A stretch of 64,000 bases of DNA, taken from an uncultured Nitrososphaeraceae archaeon (GTDB lineage Archaea > Thermoproteota > Nitrososphaeria > Nitrososphaerales > Nitrososphaeraceae). The position numbers and the translations under genes are program-made. The stretch lies in contig CAWGVG010000048.1 of assembly GCA_963825865.1 (NCBI GenBank), positions 1 to 64,000 on the forward strand. Reading direction: 5' to 3'. Position 1 is the first letter of the stretch. Every line of letters starts with the position of its first letter. Positions 35,853 to 47,254 of the stretch are shown here, one piece after another. Under the pieces are notes generated by a model that worked only from the letters and a program-made list of their open reading frames with translations, did not search any database and had not been told where the DNA came from.

Positions 35853-36701
35853 ATGCAAGAACGAAAAAATGTTGCACTTGTTACTGGTAGCTCAAGAGGC
35901 ATAGGATTTGAAACATCCCTCTTGCTAGCAAGGGCTGGATTTCATACGTATGCTTCTATGCGTAACCTTGAAAAATCCAAAAACATAACAGAAATAGCCA
36001 GTACTGAAAAATTACCATTGCAAGTTGTTCAGCTCGATGTCAATGATGACAGGTCTGTCAAAGATGCAATCGACAAAATAGTAGGAGCAGAAAACAAAAG
36101 AATCGATGTATTAGTAAACAACGCAGGATATGGACTTTTTGGATCTCTTGAAGATATATCAATAGAAGAGATAAAAGCACAATTTGAGACTAATTTTTTT
36201 GGAGTAATACGTGTAACACAGCAAGTTCTTCCTGTCATGAGGAAACAAAACAGCGGCACAATAATAAATGTAAGTTCGGTTGGAGGGCGTATAGGTGTTC
36301 CTGTTTTGTCTGCCTATCAAAGTACAAAGTTTGCATTAGAAGGTTTAAGCGAATCAATGTCATATGAACTGGAGCCATTTGGAATTAGAGTAGTTATAAT
36401 TGAACCCGGTTTTATCAGAACTAACATTATAAACTCAAGCACTTCGGCAAAAAAGGCTCTAGGCCCCAAATCACCATATTTTTCACTGATGCAAAAAGTA
36501 GAGAACCACTTCAAATCAATGATGGAAAATGCATCGTCTCCGCCAGAAGAAGTAGCAAGGGTTATACTACAAGCCCTAACATCTGAAAATCCACAACTAA
36601 GATACACTGTAGGTAATGACGCCGCTACTATAATACAAGCAAGGATGAATATGCCTGACAAGGATTTTCGAAAAATGGTAATTCAAAACTTTTCATTATA
36701 G
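35853..36701 (+). CDS. Short-chain dehydrogenase/reductase
   Basis: TGSSRGIG, NNAG, YQSTK. Confidence 0.93.
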   Translation: MQERKNVALVTGSSRGIGFETSLLLARAGFHTYASMRNLEKSKNITEIASTEKLPLQVVQLDVNDDRSVKDAIDKIVGAENKRIDVLVNNAGYGLFGSLEDISIEEIKAQFETNFFGVIRVTQQVLPVMRKQNSGTIINVSSVGGRIGVPVLSAYQSTKFALEGLSESMSYELEPFGIRVVIIEPGFIRTNIINSSTSAKKALGPKSPYFSLMQKVENHFKSMMENASSPPEEVARVILQALTSENPQLRYTVGNDAATIIQARMNMPDKDFRKMVIQNFSL

Positions 36702-36749
36702 TACTGCGAGTTAAAAAGTCCTTTTATATAATCATAAAGCCCAATCAGT

Positions 36750-37407
36750 ATGAATAAAAAGATACTAACTGTCATTATTATAGTAGTAGCTGCAGTAGCA
36801 ATACCTTTTTGGTATATACACTATTTCTCCGTTGTTTACTAGCAACACAGTAAATGAGCTCTTACCAACAACTGCTGCTATTGTAAACAATTAGGCGGCA
36901 GTACAAGAGTATCAAAAATTCATTTCCATGAATGAACAAGATAGAATGAATGCTGCTAAACATATGAATCAAACGGAGAAAAATATGGTTATGATAGGAG
37001 CTGATCAGATAAATAATACTATTAATGAAAATGCCATGATCCTGGGAACAATCAAACAACAACAAGTCAATGCAACCATTACCTCCAAAATAAGGACTGG
37101 TACTTTCATTGGAGCTGGTGACGGATTTCACAATACAGAAGGATTAGCAAAAGTAATTCCCTTAGGACAAGGAAGTATCGTCATCAGATTGGAAAACTTC
37201 AATTCTAATAATGGACCTAATGTTCATCTTTATATGTCTACTGATAAAGCTGCCTCAAATTTCATAGATCTTGGAAGGTTGAAAGCAAATAACGGAAATC
37301 AAAATTACAATATACCTAATGGAACAGACCTAGTGAAATATAATATGGTTTTGATATGGTGTAAGAACTTCTCTGTACTGTTTGGAAGCGCAGAACTAAA
37401 GACATAA
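36750..37407 (+). CDS. DM13-domain membrane-anchored protein, frameshifted
   Basis: LENFNSNNGPNVHLYM, LGRLKANNGNQNY, VLIWC...FGSA; TM N-terminus in another frame from 36750. Confidence 0.82.
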
Positions 37408-37564
37408 CTTGAGAAGAAACCATTCCTCAAAGTGGATATAACCACGCCAACAGGTGTTCCAGAGAATATGGATCTCCTTCCTTTGATAATTTTTAAGTTC
37501 CATATAAAAAAGATTCTAGTAAAGCTAACAATTCTTTACGACAAATACAAAAAGAATATACTGA

Positions 37565-37720
37565 TTATTTCTCTTCCTTTTCTGTGAGAATTTGGTAGTT
37601 CCCCTTTTGCATGTGTTCTAGTAATACATGCCGTTGCATATCGCCCAAGCTATCAAATTTTGTATTACATAACTTGCATGTAATGCTGTGCTGCTCTAGT
37701 AATGCATCTTCTTTGGACAT
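37565..37720 (-). CDS. 51-aa C2H2 zinc-finger microprotein (below the ORF-track cutoff)
   Basis: MSKEDALLEQHSITCKLCNTKFDSLGDMQRHVLLEHMQKG...; TATA-like element upstream. Confidence 0.7.
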   Translation of the reverse strand: MSKEDALLEQHSITCKLCNTKFDSLGDMQRHVLLEHMQKGNYQILTEKEEK

Positions 37721-38234
37721 ATTGCCTGCTGCCTAGTATATTGGTAACACCGGTAATAAATGTTATAAAAATTCATCGTAGATATTGAACCCTAAAGTAT
37801 GTCGAAAAATGATAATTCTTTATGGTTTTTTTTATGGTTATCTTCTTCCTCAGATTCATGAAGATCTTTTGTAAACGGCGCAAACACATTCCTACAAACA
37901 ACAAATAAGCATTTGTTTCAAGGTCTAAATCCAGGAGGGATTTATCAAGCGATATGGTATTGATAACGATGGTTTGTTAGAACAAAGCCATAATGTTTTG
38001 ACTCTATCTAAGATAGATAGATCTAGGAATTTAATGAATTCATTTCTTTTCTCTAGTATATGTCTTATTGTTCTTGGCACTATCTGTGGCCCAGTTATCA
38101 CAGCTTAGATTTTTGTTGAACCAATTAGGAATAGTCATAAGTACATCAAGAGAAACTATTTTTCCTAGGTCTTATTTTGTGGTGTATCTGAAATGCCAGT
38201 TTCAGTTTATACACGTTAATAAAACACATAGATA

Positions 38235-39374
38235 TTGAACATCCAGGCAAACTATACTATCCAACCCATCCTTATGGTGTTTTTGCACCACAAGGACAAA
38301 CGGCACAATTCAGATTGCAAAGAAAATATAGAAAAGGTCATTAAGATCAGAAACGTAAAGTCAAAAATATCTATGGACAAAATCCAAAAGGCTATTCTTA
38401 TTTCTATAATATCAATAGCAGCAGTATCTTGGGTATTATCTAAAGATCAATTTGATATGATGAAGGCTATGATGACTAATGATCCTATTGCACTTTCATT
38501 ATTTACTGCTAGTTGGACAGTCGGAATGGCTGCAATGATGTTTCTAGCGATAACGCCAATGGTTTTGCTTTACAATAGATTGATAAATCGCGACAACGAT
38601 GCTGGCGATGGAAGAGGTGATATTAAATCATCATCACAGTCTTCGATAGTTATCGAAGGTAATGATAAGAGCATAAGAGATAGGAATAGATCATTTTTTG
38701 CTAATGCTGCAAATATGGTATTATTTGTCGGATCTTATCTTGTAGTCTGGGCTATAACAGGAATTGCACTTTTATTTGCATGGTCAATTCCAATGAACTA
38801 TTTTTTTATACATTTGCAAAGCTATCATAATCAACAATTACAAATCGTGTATGGAATCATATTGATCATTTCTGGAGTATATCAATTTAGTTCGCTGAAA
38901 AGAAAGTGTCTTGGATACTGTGAATCTCCACTGAGTTTCTTTATGAGAAGGTGGAGAAGCGGAGCTTTTGGCGCAGTAAAGATGGGAACGTACCATGGTC
39001 TTTACTGCCTTGGATGCTGTTGGCCTTATTTTCTTCTTATGGTGGCTTTAGGTTGGATGAATCTATTATGGATGGGATTGTTTGCAGGTATTATTTTTGG
39101 AGAAAAGATATGGCGTGAAGGCATATGGATTGCGAGATCTGCAGGAATTGGGTTTGCAATTGTTGGGATTATGATAATTAGCGGGATGATAACAATTCCT
39201 ACTACGCACATGGCTGGTATGAATATAGATATGAAATCTAATAATCTAGGGGATAATTTGAAGAAAGACAGCACGATTGGAATGAATCATAATATGATCG
39301 ATAATATGGTGGCTTCTAAAACGAATATAAACAAGAACAAAACCACAACTATGCAAAATATGAAAGGTATGTAA
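38235..39374 (+). CDS. DUF2182 predicted metal-binding membrane protein
   Basis: GMAAMM, YQFSSLKRKCL..C, CLGCCW..FLLM...MNLLWM; Met-rich tail; true start probably ~38373. Confidence 0.85.
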   Translation: MNIQANYTIQPILMVFLHHKDKRHNSDCKENIEKVIKIRNVKSKISMDKIQKAILISIISIAAVSWVLSKDQFDMMKAMMTNDPIALSLFTASWTVGMAAMMFLAITPMVLLYNRLINRDNDAGDGRGDIKSSSQSSIVIEGNDKSIRDRNRSFFANAANMVLFVGSYLVVWAITGIALLFAWSIPMNYFFIHLQSYHNQQLQIVYGIILIISGVYQFSSLKRKCLGYCESPLSFFMRRWRSGAFGAVKMGTYHGLYCLGCCWPYFLLMVALGWMNLLWMGLFAGIIFGEKIWREGIWIARSAGIGFAIVGIMIISGMITIPTTHMAGMNIDMKSNNLGDNLKKDSTIGMNHNMIDNMVASKTNINKNKTTTMQNMKGM

Positions 39375-39763
39375 CATATGAACCATACATTGGAAGAATA
39401 GCTTAAGATGTTGCCAAATCAGTCAACTTATCACCTGCTACATACAAACGTGAAAAACAGTCTATCGTTTTGGATATTCTGATACTTGGGGTTGTAATAA
39501 CTGCAAACAAAAATGTGACAAGTGGTTTATGCATAAGCATTTTTGTAAAGGTCTATTAAAGTGATCTCTGACCACTAGGTCAAAGTCAAAATGTACTCCA
39601 GTCTACAAGATGCGTAGAAATCAGTCTTCAGTCTTTCAGAAATATCCCTGATTCTGTTTTGCTTTTCAAAAGGTAATCGAAAGTGTAACCTATCACTCTA
39701 AGTACAACAGGTAGTTAACGATAGCACACCAATTTTAATAAGGATTATCAATACTTTATCTCA

Positions 39764-40408
39764 TTATGGTTTGTATCCTATTAGAAGTGCCATCTCGAGC
39801 CATTTCCAATAACAATCTACATCTACAAATCCTATCTCTTTAAGCCAGTTTAGCTGCGTTTCCATAGGTAATAACTTGTCGGACTTTCCTTCTATTTGCG
39901 GAGTATAGCCAATAGCTTTTAGAAAACGCATATGAAGTGCTATAGAGGGCGATGGTACGTGTTCAAGATTGCAAAATACACCTGTTTGATTCAGTATATC
40001 ATAAATCTCTTCATATAGCGAGCGTTTGCGTTCATGCTTTAAGTGATGAATAGCAAAGCTTGAGACAACTGCATCAAAATAACCCAGATCTGATGGCAAA
40101 GGATACTTAAAGTCATGTTCAAGCACTTTAACATTAGGATCGTTTGCAAAATGATCTCGTGGAGCTTTGAGCATAGTTGGAGAAACGTCTAATGCTACAG
40201 CCTCTAAATTTGGTCTATTTATCTTTAACAATCTTATTAACCGTCCATCTCCTGTACCAAGATCAAGAATTCGTTTTGCTTCATTAGGAATATGCTCTAG
40301 AAGTACGGCCTCACCTTCTGTGCGATGTGGAAGATGGTCTTCTACATTCAGATATGCTAGAGCATGTTGAACAGAGGACCAGTCCTTTCCAGACTGACTT
40401 TCATTCAA
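39764..40408 (-). CDS. Class I SAM-dependent methyltransferase
   Basis: ILDLGTGDG, LDVSPTML, FDAVVSSFAIHH. Confidence 0.9.
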   Translation of the reverse strand: MNESQSGKDWSSVQHALAYLNVEDHLPHRTEGEAVLLEHIPNEAKRILDLGTGDGRLIRLLKINRPNLEAVALDVSPTMLKAPRDHFANDPNVKVLEHDFKYPLPSDLGYFDAVVSSFAIHHLKHERKRSLYEEIYDILNQTGVFCNLEHVPSPSIALHMRFLKAIGYTPQIEGKSDKLLPMETQLNWLKEIGFVDVDCYWKWLEMALLIGYKP

Positions 40409-40687
40409 AGTAGATTATTGTTCTTTACAAAGATCTATATAAATAAATCATTCAATTTCCATCAAATGCTAACTAATTCTGTTCAATAAGATATGGAACT
40501 GAACGACAAGCTGGGCTGTTGAAATCGATTAAACCCGGTAATAATGGCAGTAACAATACGGGTTGATGCTAGCCTTGCTATTGCATATTCACATAGATTA
40601 TACGATCAATATTTGGATCTCGTAAAAACATTATTCTATAGTGAATAGGTTTTTGTTTCATTGTTGATATTTTTATTTATTAATAAT

Positions 40688-40918
40688 ATGGGCCATGGTA
40701 TTGATGTGTTAGAAATCGCGACTGGTCTCAAAGACGCATTAATAAATAGTGGACTTACTATTGAATCCATACTTAATTTTGGACCCGTAGAAATTGCCTC
40801 TATACTTGGAATAGACGTCTATGTAGCAAAAATTATCTTTGACGCAACCAAAAATGCTGTTAATAATAATGGTTTTAAAACACAACAAAATAATGTGATC
40901 GAATTAGAGCATATATAA
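40688..40918 (+). CDS. Small hypothetical protein (HhH-like)
   Basis: EIASILGIDVYVAKIIF. Confidence 0.5.
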   Translation: MGHGIDVLEIATGLKDALINSGLTIESILNFGPVEIASILGIDVYVAKIIFDATKNAVNNNGFKTQQNNVIELEHI

Positions 40919-41043
40919 GTTCATTTGCAAATTTTTCATCTTGTTACTATCGATATTATATGAGTTGTCCTTGAAAAGGTATATTTTCAAGCATATTGTA
41001 TTTATAATTTTGACTGTAATCACAAAGGAGAGATAATAGGGAA

Positions 41044-41788
41044 ATGCAACTAGTTCAGATATCAGATATCCATATTGGAAGTTTTTTCAAACAAGAAGTC
41101 TTTGATAGCGTAGTCGATGAGGTTAACAAACTAAAGCCAGATGCAATAATCATCACAGGTGATCTTACCGATGAAGGTCTGCTATTTCAATTTGAACACG
41201 CTAGTGAAGAAATAAAAAAATTCAATTGTCAGAACCTAATAGTTTTGGCAGGAAATCATGATTACCGCCATACAGGATACTTAGTTTTCAAGAAGTTTTT
41301 TTCTACTTCAAAACAAATTTATGAATTCGATGATGCAATAGTCCTAACTCTAGGAACTGCTCGGCCTGATAGAGATGAAGGTGAAGTAGGATATAGACAG
41401 AATCTATGGATGGAAAAGACTCTGAGCAAATATAACAATAATAAAACAAAGATTATTGCAATGCATCACCATTTAATTGGAATTCCTGATACGGGTACTG
41501 ATAAAATCATTATCCTTGATGCAGGCGATACCCTGAGAGCGTGCCTTCAATCTAAAGTTAGTTTAGTTCTATGTGGTCATAAACATAGACCATGGGTCTG
41601 GAAGTTAGGATCTTTGGAAATTGCATATGCTGGTACATGTAGCATCAACACGCTTTAGAGGTTTTTTCGAAAATTCATACAACATTATAGAGATTAAAGA
41701 TGGAAAAACAAATGTTGACATAAAAATAGTAGGTGGCAAAAGATTTCCTCTTTTAGATCTAGTTGAAAAATACAAACCATATTTGTAA
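41044..41788 (+). CDS. Calcineurin-like metallophosphoesterase, frameshifted near the 3' end
   Basis: SDIH, TGDL, GNHD, MHHH, GHKH. Confidence 0.9.
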
Positions 41789-42329
41789 AGCTGATCGTGT
41801 TGTTTTTAATATAAACAAAATTTGATAGCTTTATAGCGTATCTAACCACACCGAAAGAGGAAATCTATTTGGTTCTGTTTGACCAGCCAAAAAAAGATTT
41901 GTATGAGTTTGTCAATTTTTTATATTTTTATATGTTTGGTTATCTTGCATTTGCACTTACTATATTACTTGTGTTAATGTCAATACCACGTTGACTGCAT
42001 GAGTAGGTTGTATCACCACCAAAGATACATGCTCGCTCTTCGGGTATTGCCTTGTAAATTTGTGAGCTTGCGGTAGCCCCTACGTTTGTAGATACAGTAT
42101 TGCCACAGGTGTTATCTAGCTGTGCTGCCTCATCATATGAATCTCCCGTAGATGCACTTGCACATGGTTGGTGCCGTACCTAGAGCCTACCATATACTTT
42201 TTCCAGTGATGCCATATATTGAAGGCCAGAGCTTTGCCGAGATTTCAATCCGTGAGACTCGATGAGCCCACAAGTCATTCTCAAGCTTGCACTGGAGCTC
42301 AAGATGGCTATATCTGCCGTTTCAATTCT

Positions 42330-43376
42330 AGATCTCTTGCGTAATTAGGAGCTATAGTCTAACACCCTACTTGTTTTAGCCGTCTTCTTAGATTGAAATG
42401 CTGTCAGACTGTATAACTCTGAAGTTCAGGAGACCGGATATTATATCAGATACGTTATTGTACTTCCTTAATCTGTTTCTAAATTTAGTACCCATTATTC
42501 CAAACTTTTTGATCCTACATATGGTATGTTCTACTATGATCCTTAGCCTAGAATGATTCTTGTTGTAAGTTCTTTCATCACATGAAAGCAATGTACCCTT
42601 TTTCTTTTTGATACGAAGTACAGACTTTACAGTGGGAAAGTCCTTTTCAATGCCAAGATAACCAAGATCAACTATGTTTTCAACTTGTGATGGAGTTATA
42701 GAATGATTGTGTTTGTAAATGTCATAATCATGTTTTCTTCCACTTCTGTGACCTGTCTTATGCAGTATCAATCCTTCACTGTTTACCATCAATTGTGTCT
42801 TGACAGTATGTTTCTTCTTTCTACCTGAATAGTAACTCTTCCTTCTTCTTTTGTTCTTAGGTCTTGGAATTTCTTGTTCTGTAGAGTCTATGAAAGCCTT
42901 GAATCCAGGAAAGTAACTCTTCTACTTCATCTATAGTTCTTAATCTCCTAGTACGTTTGTATATCTTCTTTGGCAATGGAATACACTCCTTGATAAGTGG
43001 TTCCATCATTGATATATCTCTACAAACATTGCTTTGATCAAGGTCAAACAGAAATCCTGATAATGTATATGTAATGTATAATCTGTAGTATACTAGAAGC
43101 ATAACGAATCTTTCTTTAACTTTAAGCTTAAATGGTCTACCAGCACCTATATCCCGTATTCTCGTCCTTGATAGAAGACGTCTTCTTTCGTGCTCTTCGT
43201 AGTTATGTTCAATTTCGTTACAAATGGATTCAAATTCAGATACAGTTACTCCGGTAAATGACCTGAATATCAAAGGTTTCTTACATAATTTGCTATAGGA
43301 CATCAAAGAGCTTGTCAGATAGATATCCTATGTGAAGAGGAATATAGCTCTAAGCTTCTAATTACACAAGAGATCT
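42330..43376 (-). mobile_element. IS element, ISL2/IS5-like, copy 3, frameshifted
   Basis: Same TIRs and near-identical to copies 1 and 2; ORFs 42857-43306 and 42388-42792. Confidence 0.93.
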
Positions 43377-43556
43377 TAATGTTATTTCATCTCCCCAAAG
43401 CATTTGTGGTTATGGGAAAATAGTTATATAATTTCTGTTAAAGAATCATTTAATGACAAGAGATCTCAAATACGAATGATATTATTAAACGATACATACG
43501 TATAATAAATGATACGTTATGCATCGTTGCTAGATACTATAAATATAATGCATCGA

Positions 43557-43704
43557 GATAGAATCCTATAGTATTACGATTTAAACCTCGCTGTTCGCCA
43601 CATCAATCGGCCAGTGGGTACATTGCTATCCTATAGTATTACGATTTAAACTCCCACATGTCAAGGAACTGGTTGGTAATTATATCAAATTGCTATCCTA
43701 TAGT
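43557..43704 (-). CRISPR. Orphan CRISPR remnant: 3 repeats (1 degenerate, 1 full, 1 truncated), 2 spacers
   Basis: Full 30-bp repeat ATTGCTATCCTATAGTATTACGATTTAAAC at 43622-43651; 24-bp match at 43563-43586; first 16 bp at 43689-43704; unrelated spacers of 35 and 37 bp. Confidence 0.8.
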
Positions 43705-43895
43705 GCAGGATAGCCTGTAATGAGCGGTATTAAATATTCTGCATGATAAAAAAGCATGAATAAGTTGTCAGGATCTATAAAACCTTGAAGATCTGATATG
43801 CTGATACTACCTTTTGTTAAAAGTGGAACTGCCTTGGAAGCTATTTCAAAGTCGGTTGGAGCCTTTTTAAGGTTACCAAAATAACATACATATCC

Positions 43896-44288
43896 ATGGT
43901 ATGGCCTGAAGAGAAATTAATGACGTATAATTTCTATGATAAAATGGATTCTACGAATACTATCGACCATCTAGAGAATCTCAAGACAAACATTATGAAA
44001 AATGATTGGTGGAAAAGACTTGTACTGATATGGGATAACGCTTCATACCATGTAAGCCTAATGGTACGGAATTATATCAATACACAGAAAAACTGGATGA
44101 CCATAATCCACCTACCAAAAAAGGCACCATACCTTAATCCAAATGAAAGAAAAGTAAACCAGCAGATAAAGTCAGATGTATGTGCGAATAGATTCTATGA
44201 ACATATAGAAGAACAAAAAATTGCAGTATTAGAATATTTAGACAAACGATTTGGTAGATGGGATGACGACATTGTTTATGACACTTGA
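43896..44288 (+). mobile_element. IS630-family transposase C-terminal fragment
   Basis: LVLIWDNASYH...HLPKKAPYLNPNE. Confidence 0.8.
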
Positions 44289-44433
44289 CTTCATTATCGT
44301 GGTGTACCCAAACAATACTTTCATCTCTATATAAAGGAAATAGAATTTAGATTCAACCACAGGGATGAAGATCTCTTCCAGATACTTGCAAATATAGTGG
44401 CAAAAGCTGTTCCAAATTCTTAGGTATTACCTT
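44289..44433 (+). mobile_element. IS1595-family transposase 3' remnant
   Basis: HYRGVPKQYFHLYIKEIEFRFNHR. Confidence 0.7.
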
Positions 44434-45086
44434 ATATTAAAGCAAAAAAGACCATTGTATTATACTCATCTGTAATTATATGGGCCTCAGAATCATGTCA
44501 ATTTTGGTTTACACTGCCTTGGGCAAGTCAATCCTAACATTCAGGCCTTATTCTGGTAGAGATTATCGAGCAGTCATTAAAAACAGAAAACTTTAAAGCT
44601 AGCTGCTCTATCTAGTAGATTAGAATCCTTTTTTAGTAGCGATTTCATTGCGGAAACCTTCGAGCCCGCTACGATATTAGTGCTTTTTAGCTCCGATACT
44701 TTGAATACTGAATGTTTGTAAACCAAAAATTCACTTATGATAATAGCTGTAAAGCTCATTTTGAAAAATATAGAGATATGTTTATCAAATATAACTCGCG
44801 TCTTGAATAGGACTCTAATTTCTGTTCATTTTACGAGTAAAGACAGAACCAAAATAGTAGGTATAGTGTTGATAGCAATTTCATTTATTACACTTGTTCT
44901 CTGGATTATTTGGTATTATAGGTTTGAAAAAAATGCAACCGGGCCCAAATATGCTACTCATCTTCAATCTTAACAACAGTTAAAAAAAGAAACGATTCAC
45001 GGCGCAAATAAACTATTTACAGCATATCAATTGAACGTGAGTTGTCTAAATTAAAATAGAAGCTTTACTACACCAAACACTGTGCA

Positions 45087-45416
45087 ATGGCTGATAATGA
45101 AAAATCAGAACAAAAAGAAAAAGAGCCGCAAGATGTGGAATTAGCTACTTGGCGTAAGAAGATAGAAATAATAGGCATCGATATAAAAAGCCTGGATAAA
45201 GAGAACGAAACAGGACGACTCAAATTAAGAACAATACTCATGAACCAGCATTTTACAAACGAATTAGATAAAATGGGCCTGCAGCTCATAAAGATAACTG
45301 CAGGAAGAATCTTTACTCATGGACTTGTAGGACTCTTAGAGCCAAAAGTACAACCTACTAGAATGTTAAAATCAGGTTTAGCAGAAGAACGACATCAATA
45401 TGAGCAGAAGATATAA
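45087..45416 (+). CDS. Hypothetical protein
   Basis: 109-aa ORF. Confidence 0.5.
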   Translation: MADNEKSEQKEKEPQDVELATWRKKIEIIGIDIKSLDKENETGRLKLRTILMNQHFTNELDKMGLQLIKITAGRIFTHGLVGLLEPKVQPTRMLKSGLAEERHQYEQKI

Positions 45417-45800
45417 ATAAAAAATAAAAAAGCGGGCTACTATCTCATTTTCATTCCCAGATTTTTTGATGATGCATTACCTTGCTCGTCTGAATTGTGT
45501 TCAAATAGCCTTATAATTAAAGGTTAAATTATGAAGAATATACATATGATAAATCATATTCATATAGTATTTCTAAGCTGCAATTATGACAAATCATATA
45601 ATGTGCTGACCTAAGTAAAAGAATAACTTCTGGTAACTTTGACATATGTGGAAAGAAAAAATTAGATCAAACATCTATATAATAGGTATGGTCGTGGGAT
45701 TAGCTCTGGTTAGCAGTCTATTTGTGATTCCGCTGCATGAACACTGGTAGATTCGTCCAGACACTAATTTTTTCACAAAAATAAAGATTACATTAATAAT

Positions 45801-46115
45801 GTGGATATCTGGTACGGTTCATTTGAAAACGAACCTACTAATGCTGCCTGGGGAGAAAGGCATTTTCACATAAGAGAACAAGATGGATATCAGCTTTCAT
45901 TTGTAAAACCTATTGAAAATTGTCGTCGTTTTACAAATAAGGTAACCTATATTTCCCTAGGAGGTTATGCTAACGATGCAAGAGTTGTAGCAGTCAACCA
46001 AAATACGAACATAGTATACGTAGGTGCATTAGTCAATGGTTATACAAGTATCGTTGCTATCGCCAGAGTTTATTGGCAATTATTTTACCTTTTGGTATTA
46101 TCTACGTATATATAA
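45801..46115 (+). pseudogene. Chimeric fragments: VOC/glyoxalase C-terminus and a YVTN-like beta-propeller blade
   Basis: PTNAAWGERHFHIREQDGYQLSF, then VAVNQNTNIVYV. Confidence 0.5.
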
Positions 46116-46198
46116 ATTGTTTTTCATTTTTATTACAAATAAACCACAATAATTTCGGAAAAATGTTTTTTAATATAAAAGATTAAAAGATATTCTAC

Positions 46199-46527
46199 TT
46201 GTCTAAATAGCTGTAATAATTCCTCAAAATGACGTCAAACGCATTAGTGATGCTTTGAAAAAGATTAACGTTGGCGGCATTACTATTTAAAAGTCAAAGG
46301 CAGAGGTAAGACTATTGCAGAGAAACTCCACGCCTCTAAAGGAACAGAAATGTACACGCCCGAATTTGGTGACAAATACAAACTTGAAGTGGTGGTACCT
46401 GACGATAAAGAAAAGGATACAATCAATATCATAAGAGCAAATTCTAAAAATGGGAAAGATCTTTATCTGGCCAATTGCACGTGCAATTGACATCGAATCA
46501 GGTGCAGAAAATGAAGAGGCGATTTAG
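46199..46527 (+). pseudogene. P-II family protein, frameshifted (absent from the ORF track)
   Basis: ISDALKKINVGGITI / KVKGRGK...FGDKYKLEVVVPD / GKIFIWPIARAIDIESGAENEEAI. Confidence 0.8.
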
Positions 46528-46915
46528 ATAGAAAGAACAAGAATCTGTGCAGGCTGCATTACAGCTCTTTTCAATTTGTTAATTTCGTCTGCATTCTATG
46601 TCATTAAGCTATGAACCTTTACAGAAATGTTTTACCATATAAAATTCAATGAAGAGGCTATGCAAAAATTACCTCCGAGCATTGCGGTACAAATAGCTTA
46701 ATCAGTATGGAAAAATGGGAGTAAAGATGTAAAGGAATTGTATAAAAATATCAAAGCTAGCAACTGCAAAAGATACAGAAGAAGATATAAACAGATTGAT
46801 AATTATTCATCAGTTCTAAGACTGGCAGAGAATTTAATTGATAAATATCGTATGACAAGAATTAGAGCTTGCTGGTACAACTACATTTAAGGTATAGCTT
46901 ATTAAATATGAGTTT

Positions 46916-47254
46916 ATGCGAACTGGTGGTTTGAATGACATTTTGAAAGCTTTGTTAGATAATGATAACAAGGGTATTTCAAATCAAGAATTAATACGGT
47001 TACTCCAGAAGATTGAAAACGATGCAACAGAAATATATCATGCTAAATATGCTTTAGAAGAAAAGATTAAGTTTAATATTGATTATGGCAACAATTCAAA
47101 TACTAATCTTGTTGGTCTACAAGACGTAAAGTCACTTGAGTGTATTAGAAAATCTATCAAGAAAAATTTAGATTTAATGCATGAAAATATAAATACAATT
47201 TTTCTATCGTATTTAACGCAATGTGGAGAAGGAGACACCAGCAATGATATCTGA
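46916..47254 (+). CDS. Hypothetical protein
   Basis: 112-aa helical ORF. Confidence 0.4.
   Translation: MRTGGLNDILKALLDNDNKGISNQELIRLLQKIENDATEIYHAKYALEEKIKFNIDYGNNSNTNLVGLQDVKSLECIRKSIKKNLDLMHENINTIFLSYLTQCGEGDTSNDI

Noticed and set aside
41975-42329. HEARO/omegaRNA of an IscB element (GTCAA...GTTGAC and CTACGTT are present)
   Set aside because: Motif spacing does not fit and no IscB or TnpB ORF follows; needs an Infernal search
42242-42329. Second CRISPR array suggested by ATTTCAATCC and GTTTCAATTC
   Set aside because: Similarity ends after about 9 bp and there is no third copy
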